Shown: positions 27,061 to 37,024 of the stretch, one piece after another
Numbering within the stretch: position 1 is the stretch's first letter
Layout: the number at the start of each line of letters is the position of its first letter
DNA from: Escherichia phage vB_EcoS_UALMA_PCEc3
Sequence record: PQ314493
Direction: 5' to 3' (one strand)
Length of the DNA stretch: 44,679 nt
Translations under genes and position numbers: made by a program
The notes under the pieces: model-generated
Seen by the model: only the letters and a program-made list of their open reading frames with translations
Told to the model about the DNA's origin: nothing
The model's database searches: none

Positions 27061-29867
27061 GAAGCTGTATTTACCTGAAGATATGCACCATTAGTTGCAC
27101 CAAACCATGCGTAAGCAGATCCGTAAGTTGTTGGGTTATCATTTAAGATGAAGTCACCCGCTCTAATTACGCACTTTTCTCCATATTTATCAGTTGGCCT
27201 TGCACTAAAACCATAATCAACATATCTAAAACCAACCTTCGTTACGTTATCGTTAAGAGGAAAAATATCCGAGAAGCTAGAAGCCCTAAAGTCATTGTTC
27301 CTGAAAATTCCTCCTGTAAAGTTATCCATATCAAACATTGTGGTTAAACTTGAAGCAACAGTATTCATGAACTTGTTGCCTTCATATGTCGGAGCTACTA
27401 CTTCATAGCCAACTCTTAGCTGAACAAATCCCCCATCAATAATATTGTCCTTGACTATTGGATATTGCCCGCCGATTGCTAAGCCACCAAACCCAGGTGT
27501 AAATTTGCAACTATTATTACTAAATATAGTGCCAACCCACGCCTGATTTGTAAGGTATGGTGCCTTAGTATCTGTCATGGTGTTCCCGGTGATAATCAAT
27601 CCATTCTTGGCCTGAATTCCCTCCTGGTAGCCCTGAATCGCTACGCCGCCACCAATCATAATGTTGCTGGATATAATAATGTTGCTCAACCCCTCATTAA
27701 CACCCCAATCACTTTCTGCATCATTTGTTATCAGTAAGTAGTGAGAAGAAGCCCTGCCAGTAGCGTCTGTAGTTATGATGCTTGTATTCCCTTTGCATAT
27801 AACATTGTTTGCCGCAAAAACCTCAACAAATATACCAGAGCCTTCGTAGTAGTTATCAGTAACCGTTACGTTATTGCCAGCCGGGGTTATCCTTGACTGG
27901 ATAGATATTGGATAATAGAACTTGTTGGCGTGAGCGTAAGACCTTCGGCTTCTCTCGGATATTGCATAATCCTCCGCGAAAGTATGCCATGCCCTTCCTG
28001 ACTGTTTTGTTGTGTTTCCTATAAACTCTGAGTAGTCACAGTTTCTTGTGATTAAGCAGTAGTTAGCGTTGTATCTGAAGCTTGAATTTCTAAGAGATAC
28101 GAATGCATTAGGTAAGCCATTAAGAGCATCGGCATTAACAAAGGCCCTCGAGGCATTAACCTCCATACCCTCGATCACAACTGATGCGCATCCTTCAACC
28201 ATAAAACCAAACCAGTCTTCTCTTGGTTTATGCTCTGTATCCGTTGGTTGGATTGAGTAATCTGAAAAGTCAGTATTCCAGTTGAGTCCGCTAGCTTTAA
28301 ATGTGCAACCTTTAAGCCCGAAAACAACCCTCTCTGGTGATGTGCTTCCAGAGATATCAATATCAACATCATTATTGGCAAAAATGTCAACAGTAAGTCC
28401 ATTGAGGAAGAATGCCGTTTGCCTTAACACTCTGTACTTATCATTGTACTGAACACCATCGGAGAATGAGACTTTCAGTCTTCCAGCGCTAATTCTTACC
28501 TTCCTGTTTGTATTGTGACCAAGGTTTATACATGCCATAACCGAGGCGTTTGATTCATTAACTCCAGACACATCATGACCAGCCCATTCGGTATGGATAT
28601 CATCAACACCTCCCGTAAACCTAACCCAGCAACCATTTTCACCTGGTGATGTCTCACCCGCTCCGCTAAGGAAGTCTGAAAGAGTGGAATATGTACCATC
28701 AAATGGAACCGTTGGGCTAAAAACAGTAATCCCGTTATGTTCGCTCTTACTTACTAATGGACTCCAGTAGAACAGACCGCCACCAGAGTTTGATCCAGAA
28801 ATGTAAGACCTTACATTTGCTAAATTTTTATTCTCATTTGTTTGTTTGATTAGTTCGTAAATTGAATCAACTGAAGATAGTCCTAAATTACTCCTGGCAA
28901 GGCTTTTATCCGCAACATCAGAGAAATTCAATGATTTTTGAAAAGTCTCATTTTTTGAGTAAACATCAAGTAAACCTCTTACTCGCTGGGCGTTAGCGCC
29001 TCCAGCTTCATTTCCGCCAGGCAAGTAGATTGACTCTCTAACATAGTATTTCCTAACACCACCGGAAGTATTGTAACTGATGTGATAACGTCTAAAGCTG
29101 CCATCGATACCGGTGTAGGTTGACACTTGAATATTTCTTGATCCAGTCCCAGTTGCTCCGCCCTCTACAGATATAACAAGCGTAGCATTGCTTGGTACTT
29201 TTAATGCTTCTGGTGCATTTGTGCAAGCAGAGAAAGCAACCCTATAATGACCGCCAACAACAAAATTAAAAGTTTGGAAATCAAGTTCACTTAAAATATT
29301 GCTACCATTACCGATACCCCAACCAGAAAGTGTAACTAGTGTTCCAGCATCACCAGCACTATTAATTGCCTCAATAGTAGCATCTCTCGCTGATGTGGTT
29401 GTATCTCTTGCACTAACGGCAGTAGCTGCGCTCTCTGCGGCAGCAATCTGGCTAGCTAAAGCATCCGCTGCACCTTGCACTGACTGGCTTGCCAATTGCT
29501 CAAAGCGAGGCCAATCAAAAGAATCCTGACCAATGAAATCAATCAGGCTCTGAATGCTAGTTTCCCTACTCTGATAATAACGAAGTGTCTCCGCTACATT
29601 TTGAGCCAAACCCTGAACGCTAATCCCATCATGAGCAAGAATGGCATATCCAGTACCAGCAGGAACAGTTTCGCCATTTGGGTTATATACAGACAATGAA
29701 GTGTCGCTGGTGATTTCAGAGATAGTGTAAATCTGTACTGGCTCTGTTTTGAATACAATTGTAGCACCAACGCGAATAAGTGTTAGTGGCATGGTCCATT
29801 GAGTGCCAACTCCAGTAACCTGACCGTTCGCTGCTAAACTGGCAGTGCCAGTATCATAAATTGCCAT
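27057..29867 (-). CDS. tail fiber / tailspike-like protein with beta-helix-like repeats
   Basis: track ORF 27057..29897; probable ATG 29867 after RBS ggag; Asn/Gly-rich repeats suggest parallel beta-helix (inference). Confidence 0.6.
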   Translation of the reverse strand: MAIYDTGTASLAANGQVTGVGTQWTMPLTLIRVGATIVFKTEPVQIYTISEITSDTSLSVYNPNGETVPAGTGYAILAHDGISVQGLAQNVAETLRYYQSRETSIQSLIDFIGQDSFDWPRFEQLASQSVQGAADALASQIAAAESAATAVSARDTTTSARDATIEAINSAGDAGTLVTLSGWGIGNGSNILSELDFQTFNFVVGGHYRVAFSACTNAPEALKVPSNATLVISVEGGATGTGSRNIQVSTYTGIDGSFRRYHISYNTSGGVRKYYVRESIYLPGGNEAGGANAQRVRGLLDVYSKNETFQKSLNFSDVADKSLARSNLGLSSVDSIYELIKQTNENKNLANVRSYISGSNSGGGLFYWSPLVSKSEHNGITVFSPTVPFDGTYSTLSDFLSGAGETSPGENGCWVRFTGGVDDIHTEWAGHDVSGVNESNASVMACINLGHNTNRKVRISAGRLKVSFSDGVQYNDKYRVLRQTAFFLNGLTVDIFANNDVDIDISGSTSPERVVFGLKGCTFKASGLNWNTDFSDYSIQPTDTEHKPREDWFGFMVEGCASVVIEGMEVNASRAFVNADALNGLPNAFVSLRNSSFRYNANYCLITRNCDYSEFIGNTTKQSGRAWHTFAEDYAISERSRRSYAHANKFYYPISIQSRITPAGNNVTVTDNYYEGSGIFVEVFAANNVICKGNTSIITTDATGRASSHYLLITNDAESDWGVNEGLSNIIISSNIMIGGGVAIQGYQEGIQAKNGLIITGNTMTDTKAPYLTNQAWVGTIFSNNSCKFTPGFGGLAIGGQYPIVKDNIIDGGFVQLRVGYEVVAPTYEGNKFMNTVASSLTTMFDMDNFTGGIFRNNDFRASSFSDIFPLNDNVTKVGFRYVDYGFSARPTDKYGEKCVIRAGDFILNDNPTTYGSAYAWFGATNGAYLQVNTAS

Positions 29868-29888
29868 TGTGTAAAGTCTCCATTTGTA

Positions 29889-29909
29889 AAGTAGCACTAA
29901 TTGCTAAAG
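29889..29909. promoter_or_regulatory. palindromic box copy between primase terminator and tail fiber start
   Basis: aagtagcactaattgctaaag; only ~25 nt from tail fiber ATG in minus sense. Confidence 0.45.
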
Positions 29910-29932
29910 TGGATTGTATCATCTTTCATGTA

Positions 29933-29955
29933 TAAAAAAACCTCCCGAAGGAGGT
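29933..29955 (-). terminator. rho-independent terminator (minus strand) after primase gene
   Basis: minus-sense hairpin aacctccttcgggaggtt followed by T-run. Confidence 0.6.
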
Positions 29956-30878
29956 TAGTCTAGTAATTCGCTTGCTTTGTATATTCGCTTTCTTATGCCT
30001 GACTTGAAAAAATTATCATCATTTGGCATTACCACATCAAGATTGCGATCGTCAGCAACAGCGAGTAAATCAAAATCGTGGCGAGTACAAGCGACGCGTA
30101 ACTTGTAGTTTCTAAGCGCATAAGCAACCATTTCCATGTTGTAGCTGGAGTGGCAAACAAGCACGCAGCGGTTGCCAGTAGCAATGTGAACGCGATAGCC
30201 GTCAATGAGATTATCGACCAGATAAGCGTACTCATCATCTTTAAAGGCGCCAATAATAGAAACAGACTGGCGAGTATAATCTTTTGCAGCATAGCTAACA
30301 TCTCCATCTTCATTGATAAACATTACATTGCACATATCATCTGATATGCCGTCACTATAAGCCATAAAGCACGGTACTGCGTGTATTAGTTCGCCTGATT
30401 TAGTCCTGCCAACATCAAAACCAAATTCGCTATAGATACCCTCGTATATACTGAGCGGTGTTGATTCTACTCTTTCCGTCCTTTCCATTATCTCAAGGCA
30501 TCTTTCGTGGTCAATCTGCGCGCCCATTTTATAAAGCTTAGTTCTTGATGCTTGCTTGTTTGCCTTGTTGACAACCTCTACAGGAATGAGGTTTAACCAC
30601 TCACCTAGAGTGTCAATACATTCACTGAATGACTCCCCTCGCATCTTCTGCAGCCACAAAATTCCATCGCCTGAGCCGCACTGGTTGCAGATAATGCCAC
30701 CATCACCTTCTTCGCTAACCTTGTTGGTCCACCTGGCCCTGTCGTTACCGCCGCAATAAATGCATGGTTGATGCTTTTTGGTCTGGAAAAACCTAGGGTC
30801 TGCTCCGCAAATGTTTATAAGCGCCTTATCCCACATGCCGCGCATTCTTGGTAGAACCTCTTTCTTATCGTAGTGCAT
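29955..30878 (-). CDS. DNA primase (zinc-ribbon + TOPRIM-like, putative)
   Basis: CIYCGG...CNQCGSG zinc-binding motif; acidic DD cluster downstream. Confidence 0.55.
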   Translation of the reverse strand: MHYDKKEVLPRMRGMWDKALINICGADPRFFQTKKHQPCIYCGGNDRARWTNKVSEEGDGGIICNQCGSGDGILWLQKMRGESFSECIDTLGEWLNLIPVEVVNKANKQASRTKLYKMGAQIDHERCLEIMERTERVESTPLSIYEGIYSEFGFDVGRTKSGELIHAVPCFMAYSDGISDDMCNVMFINEDGDVSYAAKDYTRQSVSIIGAFKDDEYAYLVDNLIDGYRVHIATGNRCVLVCHSSYNMEMVAYALRNYKLRVACTRHDFDLLAVADDRNLDVVMPNDDNFFKSGIRKRIYKASELLD

Positions 30879-30936
30879 ATCAATCCATCTCTTAACAAAT
30901 AAAAAAGGATGTACCGATTATGGCACATCCAATTAT

Positions 30937-31410
30937 TTACTCTTTAGCTTTTCGTGCTGCTTCGTTAGCCGCCTTAATCTTGCGCCAGGAGCGACACTCT
31001 GGCTTGGTTGCTAGCTCCGCCTCAGTAACCACGCGCAGCATGTGACGCTTTTTGCAGCGCAGGGTTAGAGGCTTTCCGTTGCCATCGAATTGCAGATCTG
31101 GTCGGCAGAATGTAGCGCGAAAACCTTTTCCATTTCGCTTATAGTAGTTGTGCGACAACTGAGCGCCACGCGCAGAAATCATCCCACGCTTAAACCATTC
31201 TTCTACAGCCTGAGGTGTCACCTTTAACTGCTTTGCGATATTTGCCTTTGTGCCGAAGAAATCAAGAACAATCTCTAGCCGCGAGCGTAGCCCGGCTCTT
31301 ACTTCATCTTTTAAAACATAGTAGCCTGAAGGTCGTTTACGTTGCTTTTTGTCTTCGGTGCGGATGGTTCCGTTATTGCCGTTAATGGTTCGCTTGTCAA
31401 CTGCACTCAT
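30937..31410 (-). CDS. HTH DNA-binding protein (putative transcriptional regulator)
   Basis: HTH-like segment NIAKQLKVTPQAVEEWFKRG; basic; first gene of minus-strand operon. Confidence 0.5.
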   Translation of the reverse strand: MSAVDKRTINGNNGTIRTEDKKQRKRPSGYYVLKDEVRAGLRSRLEIVLDFFGTKANIAKQLKVTPQAVEEWFKRGMISARGAQLSHNYYKRNGKGFRATFCRPDLQFDGNGKPLTLRCKKRHMLRVVTEAELATKPECRSWRKIKAANEAARKAKE

Positions 31411-31421
31411 TTCATTACCTC

Positions 31422-31440
31422 AATAGCATTTTTTGTTAAA
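31422..31440 (+). promoter_or_regulatory. degenerate box variant in divergent HTH/helicase intergenic region
   Basis: aatagcattttttgttaaa. Confidence 0.35.
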
Positions 31441-31511
31441 AGTCATTATGATTTGATGGTAGTATTGTACTCAATTAAACGCTACAAGACAATTTTTATA
31501 GGAATTTAGAT

Positions 31512-33722
31512 ATGTTGCCTATCGAGAAGCTGGTTGCAAACTTCGATAAAGAAAGAATCAAGCAGATTCAGAAAGACTATCAGTTTGGTGAGATAACCCC
31601 TTACGAGTTTCAGTGCGTGACATTTGATGCAATCGGAAAGGCTATTGGGAAGTACGAAGCACCATTTATCGCAGACCTTTCCGTATCGGCTGGTAAGACA
31701 ATCATCCTGGCTATGATTGGAAAGCGTATGGAGCAGCTTGGTCTTCCTTATATGGTTCTATCTCGACAGTCAGAGATAATCAGCCAGAACTCAGAAGAGC
31801 TTCGTAATTTCGGCATCCGTAACAGCGTCTATTGCGCTGGCCTTAACGTTAAATCGGTTTACTATCCAACCATAGTTGCCAGCGAGGGTACGGCTGCTAA
31901 CGGATTGTTTAAGGGGCTTGGTGACTATGTTCCGGCTGTTATAGCTATCGATGAGTGTCATATGGTGGACCACATGGATATCGTGGAAGCCGAAGAGAAC
32001 GAAGAAACATTTGAGCAAATGAGCACAAAGAAAGGCGAGATGGTTTTCAAGGATGGTGTTAACACTGGATTAATTGGCACTGGTCGAGCTCAGTACACGC
32101 TAATTATCACTGAGATGAAACGTCGCTGCCGTGAGAAATACGGGAGGGAGCTTAGGATTTTTGGACTAACTGGTAGCCCGTATCGTAACAACGATCATAT
32201 CGTCGTTAGCAACCCAAACATCCGTGGATTCTGGCGCAAGACGGTTATTCAGGTTCCAACCAATTACCTGGTTGATTTAGGTTTCGTTGTTCCCACTGTT
32301 TACGGTGAGGTTGGCGATTTGGGTTATGACCTTGCTGAGTTCGCGCCGGATGGCAGCGATGGTGTGAAAGACTTCAGCAAAAAAGAAATGGATGCTATGC
32401 AGGAAAAAATTCATCAAAACCAGTCCATGACTCAAAAGATTATGCAGTTCGCAGCCAAGTTTATGGAAACTCGTAACGCAGCACTAGTAACTTGCTCAGG
32501 CAAGCGGCATTGCGAGGAAGCAGCCGCGGCGCTTCCTGAGGGTGTAACCTGGGCTATAGTAACTGACTCGACTGGTGAGAAAAAGCGTCGTGAGATTCTT
32601 TCTGACGCAGCTGAAGGTAAGTATACATTCATCTTTCAGATTGGTTGCCTCACAACCGGCGTGAACGTTCCGCCATGGGACACGTCAATAATTCTTCGAA
32701 AGGTTGGTAGCATCACGTTACTGATTCAGCTTTTGGGGCGAGGTATGCGAATCCTTAAGAAGAAACATAAAGAGATGGGGATGGTTAAAAATGACCACGT
32801 AGTTTTAGATTTCGCTGGCACTCTTGATGACATGGCAGAATTATACTTTGACCCAATCATAGAGAAGGTTCAGGATCAGAAATTCAAGTTATCAATGATG
32901 CTTAGTGATAAGCCAAGAGTGTGCCCAGAGTGTTCTTACGAAAATCCTCATTCTGCAGGTCGCTGTAATAATGTGATTTCCGGTAAGCGATGCGAGCACT
33001 TCTTTAAGTTTAAATTATGTGAAGATGTAGTTGACCCGAAGACAAAAGTTATCATTAAGAAGGGTTGCGGAGCGAAGAATGATGTTAAGGCAAAGAGTTG
33101 TCGATGCTGTGGAGAGATGCTTGCGGAGCCGAGAATTTGCCCAGCTTGTTCTTATGAGAACTTCCCATCCGCACGCCGTTGCAATAACTTAATTGAAGGT
33201 AAACGATGTGAGCACTTCTTTCAGTTCACAACTTGCGAAGACATTAAGGACCCGCAAACTAAATCGGTAATTAAAAAGGGATGTGGCGCTCGTAACGATA
33301 TAGCAGCAAAGGCTTGTCGGGAGTGTGGTGAGATGCTTAAAGACCCGAATGTTAACCTGACTGGCAAGATGTATCGTCGTGGTGATTACCTTCGTGTTTA
33401 TGATTTTCAAGTTGGGTTAAGTAAGAATCAGACAGGCGTTGTAGTTAAGTACAATATCATGGCTCATAACGGAGAGAGATTTAACGCTTGGGAGTTCTTT
33501 AATCCAGAATCAGACCATAGAGTTTGCAGTGTGCTGTGGAAAAACTTTTGCCTTGCTCACATTGAAAATCGCGCTGAAGCTGCACGGATTGGTAGGCTGA
33601 AAAATTCTAGGATGATTATGACTAACGTAGATAAGTTTCGCACCCCTGTTCAGGTAACGCACCGCAAGAATAGCAAAGGAAAGGACGTGATAGCTTTTAA
33701 GAACTTTGGAGAATTGTTATGA
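31512..33722 (+). CDS. SF2 DECH-box helicase with tandem C-terminal zinc-ribbon modules
   Basis: Walker A SAGKT, DECH box (AIDECHMV), two ~72-aa Cys-rich repeats. Confidence 0.75.
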   Translation: MLPIEKLVANFDKERIKQIQKDYQFGEITPYEFQCVTFDAIGKAIGKYEAPFIADLSVSAGKTIILAMIGKRMEQLGLPYMVLSRQSEIISQNSEELRNFGIRNSVYCAGLNVKSVYYPTIVASEGTAANGLFKGLGDYVPAVIAIDECHMVDHMDIVEAEENEETFEQMSTKKGEMVFKDGVNTGLIGTGRAQYTLIITEMKRRCREKYGRELRIFGLTGSPYRNNDHIVVSNPNIRGFWRKTVIQVPTNYLVDLGFVVPTVYGEVGDLGYDLAEFAPDGSDGVKDFSKKEMDAMQEKIHQNQSMTQKIMQFAAKFMETRNAALVTCSGKRHCEEAAAALPEGVTWAIVTDSTGEKKRREILSDAAEGKYTFIFQIGCLTTGVNVPPWDTSIILRKVGSITLLIQLLGRGMRILKKKHKEMGMVKNDHVVLDFAGTLDDMAELYFDPIIEKVQDQKFKLSMMLSDKPRVCPECSYENPHSAGRCNNVISGKRCEHFFKFKLCEDVVDPKTKVIIKKGCGAKNDVKAKSCRCCGEMLAEPRICPACSYENFPSARRCNNLIEGKRCEHFFQFTTCEDIKDPQTKSVIKKGCGARNDIAAKACRECGEMLKDPNVNLTGKMYRRGDYLRVYDFQVGLSKNQTGVVVKYNIMAHNGERFNAWEFFNPESDHRVCSVLWKNFCLAHIENRAEAARIGRLKNSRMIMTNVDKFRTPVQVTHRKNSKGKDVIAFKNFGELL

Positions 33723-34138
33723 ATATTAAAGATAAAGAAGATTACATTGAGTTCTACCCGGGTCCTGTTAAATCATGCCCAAAGGAGGATGACGAACAAA
33801 TCTTTTGCTCTGATTGGGTTAAGTATAACTACCCGGAGATGGTATTTTTCCACTGCGTAAATGAGGGGAAGAAAACCATTGGACAGGCAAGAAAGGACCA
33901 GGCTAAAGGGCTACTTAAAGGCGTGTCAGACTGCATGTTTCTTATTCCCGAGTCTCTGCGAGGCAAATACCCTTTCGGAGCTATAGAGCTGAAGAGGGCT
34001 GGCAAAACTCAGGCTAGCCCAGTCAGTGACGAGCAGAAGTCTTTCCTTAAAAGCGTGAGAGAATCAGGGGGTTTCGCTGGGGTTGCCTACGGTAGAGAGG
34101 GTTTTCTGGCAGCGTTTAGAGAAATGATTTCAAAATAG
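33719..34138 (+). CDS. VRR-NUC-like PD-(D/E)XK nuclease (putative)
   Basis: D...IELK...SDEQ motif arrangement; ATGA overlap with helicase stop. Confidence 0.5.
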   Translation: MNIKDKEDYIEFYPGPVKSCPKEDDEQIFCSDWVKYNYPEMVFFHCVNEGKKTIGQARKDQAKGLLKGVSDCMFLIPESLRGKYPFGAIELKRAGKTQASPVSDEQKSFLKSVRESGGFAGVAYGREGFLAAFREMISK

Positions 34139-34153
34139 CACTAATTGCTAAAC
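34133..34153 (+). promoter_or_regulatory. palindromic box copy; -10 TATAGT 34173-34178
   Basis: aaatagcactaattgctaaac; contains TAG stop of VRR-NUC gene. Confidence 0.6.
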
Positions 34154-34216
34154 ACTTATCGCAGGGATGCGATATAGTTACTCCATCGAAACGAAACGCA
34201 CAAAGAGAGAAAGAAA

Positions 34217-34417
34217 ATGGCTACTATCTTTACTGGTAAATTCTACGAATCACGCAAGACTGGTTACATTTACGAACTGCAAGTAACTGAAGATGGTTAT
34301 GTTCTGGTTGATATCGAAGACTGTACATACGCATTCGAAGTTAGCCCAACCTACAAAGACGACCTAGAAACTGTTAAAAACGCATTTGGCGAAAAATTTG
34401 ATGAGGTATCGGAATAA
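34217..34417 (+). CDS. hypothetical protein (66 aa)
   Basis: ORF after box copy cassette with RBS. Confidence 0.45.
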   Translation: MATIFTGKFYESRKTGYIYELQVTEDGYVLVDIEDCTYAFEVSPTYKDDLETVKNAFGEKFDEVSE

Positions 34418-34638
34418 TGGAAATTTTTAAGTTTGAAGAGCAGTGGGATTATTTCAAAGCTATGGCTGTACAGGAACTGCATAAGTCAGGATACAAGGGA
34501 GACAAATGGTTTTTAGCTGACTGCCTAGACATGAGTTTTGAGGAAGACTACTTAAACACCGATATCGAAACATGGCGCGACCGCATGGTTGCTGATATCG
34601 AAGAAATGAAGAAAGATTGCCCAGAGGATTTTGAATAA
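34417..34638 (+). CDS. hypothetical protein (73 aa)
   Basis: translationally coupled ORF. Confidence 0.45.
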   Translation: MEIFKFEEQWDYFKAMAVQELHKSGYKGDKWFLADCLDMSFEEDYLNTDIETWRDRMVADIEEMKKDCPEDFE

Positions 34639-34763
34639 TGAAAATCGTAGACAAAGAGATGTTCGAAATTGCACAGACTTACGCAAATGATGCTGTAAAA
34701 ACTGGCTCAGAATGGTCATGGATGTGTGCTAAAGAATACCTAAAAATGGCTTGCGGATTATGA
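34638..34763 (+). CDS. small protein (41 aa)
   Basis: ATGA-coupled short ORF, below track cutoff. Confidence 0.3.
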   Translation: MKIVDKEMFEIAQTYANDAVKTGSEWSWMCAKEYLKMACGL

Positions 34764-35008
34764 TAGTTGAAACAGGACGCGCCGCTGTTTGGGCGCATTG
34801 TGGAGAGGCTGGGCTGCAAGATGACATTAAGCAGATATCCCGATTCTTTGACATAAAAGATATCAGCGTTGTGTTCAATGGTAAACTCTCTTACATGGAT
34901 GAGCTCCCAAGAAAATACGTAAGAGTTAAGCCAGGTGTCAGGATTGATGTTAACGAGTTCCTTAAATCTGAGGGATTCAAGTTTAAGATAACGAAGCCTA
35001 AGGATTAA
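34760..35008 (+). CDS. hypothetical protein
   Basis: track ORF 34751..35008; ATG 34760 overlaps upstream stop. Confidence 0.4.
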   Translation: MIVETGRAAVWAHCGEAGLQDDIKQISRFFDIKDISVVFNGKLSYMDELPRKYVRVKPGVRIDVNEFLKSEGFKFKITKPKD

Positions 35009-35010
35009 GT

Positions 35011-35262
35011 ATGTTGGGTTTAGATTTTCAGCCAGGGCATTACGATTTAGTGCATGGGCAAAGTGGAACCAAGTTTAGAGCGATACCTATTGCTGATTGG
35101 TTCCCTCCTGATTATGTGGATGTTAATGCAAAAACTAAAGACGGGAAGTGGGTTCAGATTTACTACTCCCCAGCATGCGGAAACCTTTGCATGACTGACC
35201 TTGATCAGAAATTAGCAATTAGTGCGGAAGTTATCGACTACTGGTTGAAAGAAGTTGAATGA
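35011..35262 (+). CDS. hypothetical protein (83 aa)
   Basis: ORF from track. Confidence 0.4.
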   Translation: MLGLDFQPGHYDLVHGQSGTKFRAIPIADWFPPDYVDVNAKTKDGKWVQIYYSPACGNLCMTDLDQKLAISAEVIDYWLKEVE

Positions 35263-35345
35263 AGAGCCTGATACTAGTAGCATTAGTCCCACTGTTTAGC
35301 TTTACTATCTTATACTTTATCGTAATGAATTAAGGAACTTATATA

Positions 35346-36476
35346 ATGGCAACTGCAAAAATTACCAACGAAGAGCTGCGCGAAGAACTGGCAAATGGCA
35401 TGACCAACAAGGCAATCGCAGAGAAGTACGGAATGAACATTCGCAATGTTGAGTTGCGTCGCAGTAAATTGGCAAAATCAGGCGAGCTTCATGGAAACCC
35501 TGGTATCAAGAAGTTAGTCCCTGACGGTTATATGGTCAAAGGAACTTCAACGATGATTGACGCGGCGGGTAATGAAAAGCTTCGCTGGGTTAAAACCTCT
35601 GTAGATAATGAGCGCCTTGAGGTTTTAATGGAGCAAGCTAGAGAGGCATTTTGTTCTGAGCTGCCAAAAGCAGATGCGGTCAGCCACTCAGGCAACGAAG
35701 TTAACTCTGAATTAATGACTCTTTACCCTATTTTCGATATCCATATCGGCATGATGGCGCATCGCCATGAATCTGGTGAGAATTATGACACTAACACGGC
35801 AGAGAAATTAATGGAATCATATTTCGACCATGCAATTTCTGTATCACCTGCGTCAGAGAAAGCCGTTGTTTTAGTTGGCGGCGACTTCCTTCACTCTGAC
35901 GGACTGGAGGCAGTAACTCCAGCAAGTGGTCACTGCCTTGATCAAGATAGTAGATATGCTAAGTTAGTTTATGTTGCAATTCGCTCAATTCGTGGTGCCA
36001 TAGAGAAGATGCTTAAGAAGCATAAGAATGTCGAGATTCAGATTATAGAGGGAAATCATGACCAAAGCGGCATGATCTGGCTTCGCGCTGCAATGGCTGC
36101 ATTTTATGAAAACGAGAATCGCGTGTTTGTTGATACCAGTCCAGCAATCATGCACAAGACGCGATTTGGCTCAACGTTACTTGGTTACACACACGGTCAC
36201 ACGATGAAGAAAGCCGAGGGTCGACTTGCGGCAATGGCGACTGACTACCGTAAAGACTTTGGTGAATGTGAATTTGTTTACTGCCACTCAGGACATTTCC
36301 ATCATGCAACTGTTACAGAGTGCACACTTGGTATTGACGAGGTTCACCCAGCACTGGCCAGTAAGGACGCATATGCCGCACGTGGAGGTTGGCGCTCATA
36401 CCGTCAAGCGGCTGCGATAGTTTACCACAAGAATTTTGGCGAGGTTGGTCGCCATATTTACCGCCCAGGCATGTAA
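35346..36476 (+). CDS. HTH-containing metallophosphoesterase (calcineurin-like, putative)
   Basis: N-terminal HTH-like segment; phosphoesterase motifs GDFLHSDG and GNHDQSG with downstream His-rich segments. Confidence 0.5.
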   Translation: MATAKITNEELREELANGMTNKAIAEKYGMNIRNVELRRSKLAKSGELHGNPGIKKLVPDGYMVKGTSTMIDAAGNEKLRWVKTSVDNERLEVLMEQAREAFCSELPKADAVSHSGNEVNSELMTLYPIFDIHIGMMAHRHESGENYDTNTAEKLMESYFDHAISVSPASEKAVVLVGGDFLHSDGLEAVTPASGHCLDQDSRYAKLVYVAIRSIRGAIEKMLKKHKNVEIQIIEGNHDQSGMIWLRAAMAAFYENENRVFVDTSPAIMHKTRFGSTLLGYTHGHTMKKAEGRLAAMATDYRKDFGECEFVYCHSGHFHHATVTECTLGIDEVHPALASKDAYAARGGWRSYRQAAAIVYHKNFGEVGRHIYRPGM

Positions 36477-36496
36477 ATAGCACATTTTGTTAATAA
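36475..36496 (+). promoter_or_regulatory. degenerate box variant followed by hairpin
   Basis: aaatagcacattttgttaataa then gcctcaaaggattgaggc. Confidence 0.4.
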
Positions 36497-36550
36497 AGCC
36501 TCAAAGGATTGAGGCAAAATGAATAAACGATAACGAGATGAGGAGTTATA

Positions 36551-37024
36551 ATGATTTACGTATTTGATATTGACGGAACTATAGCTAATAATGAGCATAG
36601 AAATCACCTTTTACCATCCAGTGACCTTCACTTGACTTCAAGTTGGAAGTATTACAATAAAGCCTGTTCTGGAGACTCACCAATAATCCCAATGATAAAC
36701 ATGATGAACAAACTTGCGGAATTATGTCCTGTTTACATAATGACATCCAGAAGTGATGAAGTTGAATGGAGAACCCTTGAGTGGCTTCAGGATAATAAGG
36801 TTGAGTATGATTCGATATACATGAGAAGTCGACATGACAACCGAAAGGATTACAAAATAAAAGAGGGATGGCTTAATGAAATCAGTGGTGGCGATAAAGG
36901 AAGTGTGGTTATTTTTGAAGATAACCCACAAGTAATTAAGCACCTAAGAAGTTGCGGATACACCGTTATGGCTGTATGTGAATATGAAGAACTACCTAAA
37001 GATTGCGAATCTCACGGAGAATGA
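36551..37024 (+). CDS. HAD-superfamily phosphatase (putative)
   Basis: N-terminal DIDGT motif; box copy upstream. Confidence 0.5.
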   Translation: MIYVFDIDGTIANNEHRNHLLPSSDLHLTSSWKYYNKACSGDSPIIPMINMMNKLAELCPVYIMTSRSDEVEWRTLEWLQDNKVEYDSIYMRSRHDNRKDYKIKEGWLNEISGGDKGSVVIFEDNPQVIKHLRSCGYTVMAVCEYEELPKDCESHGE

